Source: Minutocellus sp. GHC0000111
Taxonomy: Eukaryota
DNA: 64,000 nt
Reading direction: 5' to 3'
Assembly: GCA_977018835.1 (NCBI GenBank)
Contig: OZ361256.1
Coordinates: 1,240,001 to 1,304,000 of the forward strand
Shown: piece after piece, positions 26,324 to 36,400 of the stretch
Layout of the letters: each line of letters starts with the position of its first letter
Numbering within the stretch: position 1 is the first letter of the stretch
Position numbers and translations under genes: made by a program
The notes under the pieces: generated by a model
Seen by the model: the letters and a program-made list of their open reading frames with translations, nothing else
Told to the model about the DNA's origin: nothing
Database searches by the model: none

Positions 26324-27611
26324 CTATGGCGTCACTTTCTTTGTCTTCTTGATAGTACCGGTGTATGGATTCATAATTTTCTTGCATGGAGTTGCTTCAA
26401 CTTCGATACATGTGGATGTATTACTTGCTCTCTTCTTGTCGCCTGGATTTGATTTTAGCAACTTGGAGGGAGGCACGGGCATACTATCACTTGCACTTGC
26501 CTTCGAAATTTCTATCAGCTTGGCTTCGGCAGCTTCGGTAGCAGCGATCATTGCTGCATCGAAGTCAGCGTCTGTTTCGTCATAAAAATCCGTCCTTGTG
26601 GTGGCTGAGGTCTTGCTGCGAGCACAAGCAAGTGTAGAGACGGGAGCAGTGAGCGAAACTGGCGCCTTTCCCCCCTTTCCATCTCTCTCTTTTGGTATCA
26701 TGACAAGGCGCAGCATTTGGGTGTAACCATCGCCACAAGTGAGTATGGTACCCTCAGTTAAATATTTGCCTTCGGCCAAAGCCAGGAATGGCGATAGACT
26801 CGCAGCTTCCTCCTTCTTGACATGGCCGATGGTTTGGCCAGCAACATTGGTCACCTTGACGGCATTTGCATCGTATTTCTGTGAAATAAATGTCGAGGTT
26901 TTAAAGAAAGGTACATTGAGAGTACATGATTTGGCATCGTTAGACGAGCGAAATTTACTACGTAGTAGCTAGAACGTAAAATTATCGGTATTGGCTTGCT
27001 TCGAGATGAAAGTCAAAGCACAACGAAAAGATCAGCAGGTATCGACTTACATTCTCCGGTTCACGAACTACGACAACTTTTTGTCCAGTTACAGCTGCAA
27101 TAGCAGCATATTTGAGTCCCGTGACAGTAAGGATACGCTCGTGACCCACGTCATATTTTGCCTTCTTTTCATCGTTAGAAGAAGAAGTAGGGACTCCTGT
27201 TGTGTCCAGCGCACCAGTGTTGGAATCCTCACACTTGATGGCATCGCTAACCAAAGTTGCAGATGTCGAAGTATTAGCTACTGCATCTACCTTGACTTGA
27301 GCTTCCTCTTCCTTCCTATCATCCTCGGGGCCAAACCGTTCGCGAATCTGCGACGCTGACATGAAACGTTTCTGGTCCTCTTCAATCAGCTGGTAAAACC
27401 CATAAAACTTGGTAAAGTCGCGGCGGTTGGAATAACAATTGGCGTGGTGGTATTTGTTGACGAACGTGCTCCCACCGCCGCCGTAGCGGCCATACCTACC
27501 GCCGAATTCTGACGCGGCCTTGACACACACGCGGATCTGACCGTACAAGATTTTATGGTGGCATGATTGACAGGACGAAGAAGAATTCGGTGAGTATTCA
27601 ATTTTTACCAT
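26324..27611 (-). CDS. PARP-type zinc finger + HIRAN domain protein; exons 27611-27051 and 26878-26324, intron 26879-27050
   Basis: IEYSPNSSSSCQSCHHKI..GQIRV..YHHANC (zf-PARP). GTAAGT..CAG intron restores the HIRAN signature VTGLKY..VVREPENKYDANAVKV...IGHVK. Confidence 0.85.
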
Positions 27612-27787
27612 CTCGCAAATAATAAGCTGAACAGTTTTGTTTTTTGTGAGCAAATATTTTCCGGAGGAAAGACTAATCGAGCTTGCTTCGGACGTCTTCT
27701 TTCCTTTTTTGCATTGAGACGGATCGACTCACTCGTGCGTTCAGTTCTCTTTGGAAGAAGTTGCATGGCTTGCTTGGCGGTCAAATT

Positions 27788-27796
27788 TTTGGCGCG
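27788..27796 (+). promoter_or_regulatory. E2F-like site TTTGGCGCG upstream of the zf-PARP/HIRAN gene
   Basis: Matches the TTTSSCGC consensus ~180 bp upstream of a DNA-repair-type gene; short motif, may be chance. Confidence 0.3.
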
Positions 27797-28035
27797 TCGA
27801 ACAAGTCAGTCGATTTATTCCAAGTTTCCGTTGCTCGCGCGCGCGCAGGCCGCTTCAAGCAGGGATCTTGTTGGACGAAATCTTATCTGAAATCGTGCTT
27901 ATCGTTCCTGCAATACCGCACTTCCATCCAGCTTTCTCGATTATTTCTCTTTAATAGAGCCCCATTCCATCTCATCATTTTCTCGTCTCATCTCTTGCTG
28001 GGAGCGAGCACGCTTCTTCCACCATTCTTTCAACA

Positions 28036-29724
28036 ATGAAGATCGCATCCATCCACATTGCCATTGCCGCGTTGGCCATTGCCGCCGTTCTTCCGGACGT
28101 TTGTGCGGTAGGCGATGATCGTCGCCACAACCATCTTCGCACTGCCCCGAGCGATGACGCTTCCACAGAGCGCTTGCGTTTCCTCGGCGATGGTAGCTGC
28201 AGTCCCGAGGGTGAAAAGTCCACCGATTGCGGTGCACAGCCGAGAGATGATCGGGCAGAGATGTGCTGCCCCGGCCTCAAGTGCGGCGGAGAGAAGGGCA
28301 AGTACTGCGTCCAGGATAAGGATGTTGGAGGTGATGGTGGCGACAAGACTACCGCCGATGCCAACAAGGAGGATCCAAAGTGCAGTCCCAAGGGTGAAAA
28401 GGCCGAGAGTTGTGGTGCCAACGCCCGGCCTCAACGTGGCAAAGAGTGCTGCGGTGGGCTGGAATGTGGCGGCGAAAACGGAAAATACTGCGTCAAGATG
28501 AACGATGGCGACGATGATAAAGAAGCGGGTGATAAAGAGGCTGATGATAAAGAGGCCGATACGGGGAAAGATGATAGTCTAAGTTGCTACGATGCTCCTG
28601 AGATTGATCGAACTGGAGAGAAGGACGGTGGCTTCCTTTGGCACCTATACTATGAGCCCTGCATCAAGTGGGCTCCTCGAGGCTATGATTTCTGTGTCAT
28701 GTGCCGCAACTACAAGTGCGAAAAGAATGACTTTGTCGTCACATCCCACTGTAACGCCAATCAGGAGCACTTTCGTTGGGAATGGAAGGAGGTTGGAGAT
28801 GGCGTTGGGCTGATGAAGACAAAATCTACTGATCTTTGTCTGGAAGGTGATGACAGCTGGGACTTCATTCTGCGTCCCTGCGACGAGGACAACGAACGGC
28901 AGCACTTCCAAGGCTTTGATGATGCGCCCGGTGCCAAGTTCAAGTTGTTGCCAAAGAATCACCAGCGGAGCAATACTCCGCAGTGTATGACGATGCTGGT
29001 AAGTCAGAAAAATCTTGTTTTGTTTTGCTAGGCCATGAGCCGCTAGCTCTTCGAAACTCATGCTCACCGAATTAATCTTCTGTTCCTTCCTCTTTTCATT
29101 TCTTACCAAATTACAGCACCACCCTCTTGCCGCAAATGGTGAGTCAGAAAATTCTGTTTTGCTGTTACACTAGCCTAGTTGCAACAATACTCACCCATGC
29201 TCACCGAATTTATTTATCTTCTTCTCTTGTCTCTATATTTATTTCCTCAGACGACGATGGAGAGATGATAATTGACCAACCATGCTTCAAGGCCGAAAAA
29301 ACAGAAACAGCGTACTGGACGGCTGACTACCGGCCGGAGATCAAGGAGAAGCTAAAGAAGGCCGATAAAGTCTGCCGCAACGAAAAGTGTGGAGAGTGTG
29401 AAGGATATTGTGAAAAGGATTCTGGTAGGTGCCAAATAAATCACTCACTGTATTCGTTACTATATTGATTCGATACTCACTCACCTTACTCATCCGATCA
29501 TTTCGATCTCTCGTTTATCAGAGTGCAAGGGCGATTTGTACTGCTACGAACGTGGCAACAAAGGTTGGAGGACGAACCTGGAGAACGGGTACGATCCCAA
29601 TCCTTGGGCACAGATCCCAGGATGCACCGGGTATGGCAAGCACGGCAAAAATTATTGTTCCAAAAAGAAGTACGAGAGCCCTTACAGCGACAAGGAAATT
29701 GAGGAAATACTGGATAAGAACTAG
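28036..29724 (+). CDS. Secreted Cys-rich protein with ricin-B-like lectin region and C-terminal frustulin-type domain; introns 28999-29116, 29139-29250, 29425-29521
   Basis: Signal peptide, two CSP.GEK...CC.GL.CGGE.GKYCV repeats, TDLCLE..FILRPCD..QHF. Splicing gives CGECEGYCEKDSECKGDLYCYER..IPGCTG..NYC. Confidence 0.75.
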
Positions 29725-30015
29725 CTGCCAATAGCCCGAACGAAGAATTTTTTAGAATTGATACCTGAGGAGCTAGCTAGCTAGGTACGCAGTAGGTTAA
29801 AAATCGGGAAAATAAGGCAACAATCTATCGATTTGAGTGTGCTTGAAAGAGGGCATCGGACTATACCAAAGTCATTTAGAAGAGTTGATCATATATATCA
29901 AATTTTTTACCAGAGTGCCCCTAGCTAGTTAATAGACTGAAACCATGGGGGGAGCGCCTCCACATGTAATTAAAGCCTTTTTCTGGATGGTGCTTCGTTT
30001 AGTATTAAAGATGCC

Positions 30016-30729
30016 TCATTGACTTCTCTTTTCGGTAGCCATAAGCTCCTCCTTCAACAGTGCACATAGCTCTTTGTCGGTCTCGGTCATAAACTTTGCA
30101 AAAATTGGAACACTTTGCAAGAACTCGTTTTTCTCAAATTCTGTCTCTGCATTTATATATTCTTCTATCGTCATTCCGACCAGTTGCTTCACATCGTCTC
30201 CAAGCTTTTCCATATCAATAGACCCATTCTTTTCCTTCTCCTTTTTGACCCGTTCCAATACCAGCTTCAGCTCATTGTCTCCTTCTTCTGCTATTGCGGA
30301 AGTCCCGACTTCGACTAATTCTTCCACGAGGTCAGGCCTCGACATGAATGTCTCCCCTTCCTTTAATTTCGATGTCAATTCTTAATACTTTTCGGGTGAA
30401 GTCTCCTTGAGCATCTTCTCAAAGCCCTCCACCTGTCCGGGCATCACAACCGCGGTGTAAAGGACTGTCACCAGAAATAATGCTGCCATCAATCCAGCTA
30501 CACCAAAGATGCCCAACCGAATGGTGTCTCCGACTTGTGACCCGATATTGCCAATGTTTACTACAGACAGCACCAGTGAGCTGAAATGTGCATTTGAGTA
30601 CGTGTAGCAAATATCGGAAGGAAGGCTCAGCGACGCGGATGATGCCAGAGATGTTGGGACGATGAATCCATCGGCGGAGCGAAGGAGTGTGAGACAAGAG
30701 AAGAAGAAAGATAATCTGCGCAGCATCAT
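30016..30729 (-). pseudogene. Plastid-targeted single-TM protein interrupted by in-frame TAA (30382-30384)
   Basis: Signal + ADG-FIVP motif, TM helix, then PEKY*ELTSKLKEGETFMSRPDL continuing in the same frame to 30016. Confidence 0.6.
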
Positions 30730-30788
30730 AACTGCATACTAGCACATGGCTGGACGTGCAGGCTGGGCAGCCATCGGTGGCGGATCCG

Positions 30789-30900
30789 CTACTACTACTC
30801 GTATTATATTACGACCTCTCTACTAGCTACGTAGCTACTAGGCCTAGCTACTACGTAGCTAGGCCTAGCTAGCTAGTAGTACGTAGCTACGTAGTAGTAC
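30789..30900. repeat. Nested palindromic low-complexity tract (TAGCTA/TACGTA/TAGGCCTA/TAGTAG)
   Basis: tactagctacgtagctactaggcctagctactacgtagctaggcctagctagctagtagtacgtagctacgtagtagtac read directly. Confidence 0.85.
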
Positions 30901-31092
30901 CGCGCCGCGCTTGCGGAAGATGGGGGGGAACTTTCGGGGGAACGGGGGAAGGGGCTTGAGAATTTGGGTGCAAGACTTCTTGGATCTTTGCGGATCGAGG
31001 ACAGCAAGTCAGTAGTTACCGTGGAGCTACTGAGCAGTCAGCATCTTGCTTGCCATCAATTTCAAGCCCAAGCATATTCATGTCCTTGCAAA

Positions 31093-32325
31093 ATGTGGCA
31101 CAAACGTCAGCAACGAGTTGGCATCTGCTTCACAATTCTATTCTCATTATGTTGTCGCTCGTCTTGCTTGTTTGTCCAACCTCCGTCAACTGTCAAGCCC
31201 TATCCTGCCCTCAAGTTGGCCACTGCTGACAGGCTTGGTATTCCCTACAAGAGTATCGCATGTGATGCCGGAAAGGCAGCTTCGCTTCCCAGCTTTGCCT
31301 TGACATTGAACAGTGAGTTTGGCGCCTTGGATGAAAAGAATTTCAACAGATTGAAAGATGCTTATTGTTCCTGGTCAGAAACAAAGAGTCGCGTGAAATG
31401 GAAGGAGGGCAGAGAATACACCCTTCTCGACTTTCTACCTCCACTGCTTCAGGCAGTATCGGGTCTTTACTTCCAGTCATCACGTACAAAACTACGTGGT
31501 TTGCCCTCCGTCGTTGGGAGCAAATCTCGTAGGTATGCAGAGCAGGAGGTGCTTTTGACGAGCAATTGCTGGGGCTTCGCTTGGGAGCTACTTTTTCAGG
31601 CGGAGAACGCCGATACGTCGGCTTTGACTATATCTACCGCCGATCCAACAAGCGCCTGGAGAGAATTCACAGGCCCGGGTTTCGACTTGATACAAAGCAG
31701 TAGGACGCAACCGAAACTACTTATCGACGAAGAACTTCGCAACAAGAAGACCAAGGGAGGTGATGTTTTGCTCATTTGGCATCAGAATCCATCCACAGTG
31801 TCGGGGACTGACTTGTACCTGGATCACGTTGCAACATTAATTGACGATGATGTTTACTACGAAAAGAGTGGGTCAGGTGACCGAGTTCCTTTTCGAATCA
31901 ATACCTGGGAGGGGCTTACAAACAATTTCCCTGCATCGGTGTTCTTCTGGGAATGGAGACGTTTGGTGAGGAATAATCCTTTATCCCCGTCTACATATGG
32001 TACCCCACAAACCAGAATCCAGCCAGCAATAGAGATATTTGGTGTCGATGCGCAAGTTGCGGCTGCCAATAAAAATACCCCTGGGATAGGAAAAGTACAG
32101 AACAAAAGGTTGCTTTCAGACCTTCAACCGGATATTGCCAAACGGCTGAGTTTGCAAGTAGATATTGGCGACGACGGAAATGTAGCGGCACAAACATATA
32201 CGGGCATTATTTTGCTGGAAGATTTGATTGTTGACTCAAAAACGGGCAGAGCAAAATTGCCGAGGAGTGCATTCATGCCGGAATGGTACATGATGCTTCA
32301 ATCGCAGCTTTTATCACGAGAGTAA
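31093..32325 (+). CDS. Hypothetical protein with signal/plastid-type N-terminus; possible NlpC/P60-like Cys-His fold
   Basis: Long ORF; SNCWGFAW ... GDVLLIW ... DHVATLIDD..YYEKSG resembles a papain-like Cys/His arrangement. Confidence 0.6.
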   Translation: MWHKRQQRVGICFTILFSLCCRSSCLFVQPPSTVKPYPALKLATADRLGIPYKSIACDAGKAASLPSFALTLNSEFGALDEKNFNRLKDAYCSWSETKSRVKWKEGREYTLLDFLPPLLQAVSGLYFQSSRTKLRGLPSVVGSKSRRYAEQEVLLTSNCWGFAWELLFQAENADTSALTISTADPTSAWREFTGPGFDLIQSSRTQPKLLIDEELRNKKTKGGDVLLIWHQNPSTVSGTDLYLDHVATLIDDDVYYEKSGSGDRVPFRINTWEGLTNNFPASVFFWEWRRLVRNNPLSPSTYGTPQTRIQPAIEIFGVDAQVAAANKNTPGIGKVQNKRLLSDLQPDIAKRLSLQVDIGDDGNVAAQTYTGIILLEDLIVDSKTGRAKLPRSAFMPEWYMMLQSQLLSRE

Positions 32326-32476
32326 GGGATTTCTTCTGGAAACTAGACAAAACGGTACTATTTTTCGACACCCTCTTAGAACGTATTTACCGTAATATGT
32401 GGTGATTTATAATAACTATGTGCTATAGAAATTGTTCAAAGAACCATTAGGAGGTTGTGCTTCTCGTTAGGAATTC

Positions 32477-33283
32477 CTATTCCACTCTTGGTGACGATTC
32501 CTGGGCAAGACCGAGCGCAGGCAACATCTTTTGATCCTGCTCAAGAGCTTTTCGTCCTTCTACTCGCGAAGCAAAAGTTTCGAGCTCATCGACAAACATT
32601 GCCTGGATCTCACGCATTTGGGCAATAAGGGTCGCCATTCGGTGGATTCGCTGGGCATCGGCCATATCTTCGGGTGAGATCGATTTGCCGGTATTCTCGT
32701 TTTCGGTGCCATTGTTACCAGCACGTTCTTGGTTACTTGTGGTGCATCGGCGTTTCGCTGGAGGTGCTTCGATGTGATCGTTGTTACATTCACGTCCTCG
32801 TTGGCGATGGCGTGTGGGTTTAATCCATTCGCTTGTCGAATCAATGCGCGAACGGACATCTTCGACACCAAGTTGGATGGCTCTTCGGCCTACAATGTCG
32901 ATGATACGTCCTGCCTCTGAGAAGGCTACCAGAGATTGACTCAAATGGCGGACCATGGAAGAGGAATGCTGCTGGCGTGCATGGTCGTTGGGGTGGTCTT
33001 GATTCTCGTTGACTTCTTCAACGGTAAGAGTTGCTGCATCGTTCTGTACTATGGATTCCGTGGTAGGTGCTGGAATTGTTGTGCCATCAGATGATAAGGG
33101 GTTGCTCGTTTGCAAAAGTAAATGTAGGCCTAGTCCTCTTTCGCGAGGAGAGCAAGCAGGCGACACTGCAGCATGGCTTGGGATGGCAGAGTTGATCATG
33201 TTGGCCTTATGTGCACTAGCAGTTGATGCCCTGAGGAAATGTTTGATTGTGGATGTGATGTTGTGTATTAGTATGCGCAGCAT
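32477..33283 (-). CDS. Hypothetical protein
   Basis: 268-aa ORF with NLS-like PPAKRR; no recognisable domain. Confidence 0.5.
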   Translation of the reverse strand: MLRILIHNITSTIKHFLRASTASAHKANMINSAIPSHAAVSPACSPRERGLGLHLLLQTSNPLSSDGTTIPAPTTESIVQNDAATLTVEEVNENQDHPNDHARQQHSSSMVRHLSQSLVAFSEAGRIIDIVGRRAIQLGVEDVRSRIDSTSEWIKPTRHRQRGRECNNDHIEAPPAKRRCTTSNQERAGNNGTENENTGKSISPEDMADAQRIHRMATLIAQMREIQAMFVDELETFASRVEGRKALEQDQKMLPALGLAQESSPRVE

Positions 33284-33476
33284 TCAGATTATTGCATGTT
33301 GTGCAGATAGATGTCTGATCGGAGTCAGTCTGCGTACTAGCTCTAGTAGCTAGTATGGCCTCAGTGACTTTCGATTCTTCATAACTGCCCTCTCTAATTA
33401 GGGTCGTGTTCACCCAAAGGTCGTGGAATTATCCGGCACAACATCCCGACTTCGGTTCTCTTTTTCTGATAAATAA

Positions 33477-36400
33477 TGTCGGCGGGAGTGCCAACAGCAC
33501 CTTACAATAGCCCTGCTATGACCGTCGGATTACTTATGCCAAATTCAAATTCAAATTAAACGCATTACAGCTACGTACCTAGGTATGTAAGCTAGGACAG
33601 GGTCCTTTATCCTCGCAACACAAGTGCGCGCAGCGCGCTTCCATGACCGAAGACACAGATGTGTTAACGAGCCAACTGCTGTCAGACGACAGCGAAAACA
33701 AGGGGAGCCAACATCACACGTGTGTGACGGACCGAAGTCCATAAACTAGGGAAACCAATTCCACTTCATGCATGACACCATAAACTTCTCAAAAAATTCT
33801 AAATCGTGCCACCCGGCAGATTGCAGAGAGAACCCTCAGTCGTCCAGATCGACATCTGACCACAATGCTCGATTCTGCCATGGCAATTGAAGGCATCGAC
33901 ACAGTGAGCGATGGCCGCCGCCGCCGTCGGGTTCTTCGAGCGGCAAGAAAGGGCGGAAAGCAAAGTGGCGCACAAGACAAGGCCGCCGAAGATTTCCCCC
34001 TCTTCTACCGGACAAGGGAAAGTGTGGCATTGCGCAAGGATGGAGGAGATAGGGCACAGTCAACTGCAGGTGTCGCCATCTGACGTGTACACGACGTTTG
34101 GGTCAAAGCTACTAGAGCACACAAAGGCAAAGTTGTGGGAGACAGGAATGCACAATGGATCAACTGTGATGGCAAACATTCGTCTTCGCGGTGGCGTCTG
34201 CGTTCCACACACCGGCAATCTCAAGCGGAGGCAAAATCAGGTAAATACCAATCACCCGATTCATGGCTTGGTTCCGAAAGAATACCCCCTGGTATTCAAA
34301 AAGAACCTACACTAGCTGATGATCACAGCCCCTTACCTAGGTACTGCTAGCACGCTAACTTTCAATTTTAAAATTATTTTTTACACAATGAACAGGTATC
34401 AAAACAAGAAAAGCAGCGACTGAAAAATGCTAGACGACACTTAGAACAAATTAAAAGGAAGGAGAGCATACCCAGGATGAACATAAAGCCACCGCATCAT
34501 GACCGTCTTCGCGACTATGATGCTCTTCATGTGCAGCAGCTATGGGAAGACGCAATAGAGTTGGACGTTGATTTGAGTGCTTGCGATCCATATCGTGCAC
34601 TGAACAATGACAAGTACAAAATCGCCATTGGGCAAGCCACCAAGGTAATATCGGCAGCGAGGAGGAAAAGAGACGCCCACTTCAGGAAGGAAGATATGTA
34701 CGCAATTAATCGCCAAGCATTCCGAGCATCAACCTATGCCGAACAGAAGGTACTCGAATCGCTCATGCGATTTGAATCGAGAATGATGCAACTTCACCAT
34801 GATGTTTGCTCTTTGTGCAATGAGTGCAGCATTGATATGACTGTAAACAAGAATAATGTCTGTCGAAGGTGTGCAAATAAACGGACGAAAAATGATTATA
34901 CGAAAGAAAATGCCATGATCCCACTGTGGATTGATGATGAGGGTAAGGAGCATCTAGAGGTTCCTCCGGAACTAGAATGCCTCACTATTGCCGAGAAATT
35001 ATTGACCCAGCGCGTCTCACCGCTCGTGCCAATACATCACATTAAAAATGGCAATCTTGGAATAAAGGGGCACGTTTGCTCCTTTATGCAAAATATCGAA
35101 GATCTAGCTTCGTCGCTCCCAAAATTACCTCACCAAGTCAAAGCAATACGGATGATTCGAACTCACGAAAATAGCGACGGTCTTCCGGTCACGACAATGT
35201 ACACTGTGAATCGTCGTCGCGTCATGAATGCTCTCCTCTGGCTCGTAAAGCACCACTCTGATTATAGCAAGCCTACGAGAACGGTGAATTGACTATTGAT
35301 GAAACAAATCTTGACTGGATGCCCGCCGGGATAGATGAGGCTGATCTCTTATCCGTTACTGACATAGTGCACACCGAAAAAAATGATAGTCTCGCTGATA
35401 CCGAGGAGACTGGGGTGTCCAATTCCCAATGTATCGATCCCCTGATGATTGATAATGATGAAGAGGAATGCTCAGGTTTCTCGTGTAAAGAGGCAACATC
35501 GCTCACCAACGAAAATCAAGAAGCAATGATAAATGCTTTGAAGGAGGCAGCAGGCGAGCAGAGCGACGTATCAAAGCTTGATTGGCCACAGACCAGCTAT
35601 CCCGATGCCATTTCGGAATATTCCAATGTACGCATCTTCACGAATGCATTCCCTTGGCTTTTCCCGGGAGGAACAGGTGATTTCCGCGATCTTGACCGTG
35701 AATCAGACATAGACGTAGCAAATTGGGCACAACATCTTCTACGGCAGGCCGATGGAAGATTTCAGCGAGACAAGCTCTGGGGATTTTTTGTGTGTAACTA
35801 CTGCCAAAGACATCGTAACAATTCTAGCGGAGGATACTTCATCAACAATCACATCAGCGATCCGCCCAAATCTCTCGATGAATTGAAGGAACAGCTAAGG
35901 AAGGGCGACTCTTCCTTTGTTAGCAAACTCATTTTCTACAGCATGCGAGTTCGTGGATCAGATTCATACTGGCGGTCAGAACGCTCAAAATTATACACAT
36001 GGATTTCTCACCACATAGAAGCCAATCACGGAGCGCCAGACATATTCATGACCCTCTCCTGTGCGGAATATTTTTGGCCGGATGCAATACGGCTCCTAGA
36101 AGAACGCATGTGGATCGCGGAAGGGAGGAAAATCGTAAACGGAAATCGATGCTTTCGCGACGGACGGAAGATTGACCTCAGCAATAATAGGGTCGATCGA
36201 AACAGAGCCGTCAATGACTATGCCCTCGTAATTCAACAATATTTCATCAAACGTGCAGAGAATTTCTTGAACACCGTCGGAAAGGAATTACTCGGCATAA
36301 AATATTATTGGGGTCGAATGGAATTTGCCAAAGGACGGGGGCAGATACACATCCATCTTCTTGGTATATTGGACAAGACCATGACAAGAGACCTCCAGGA

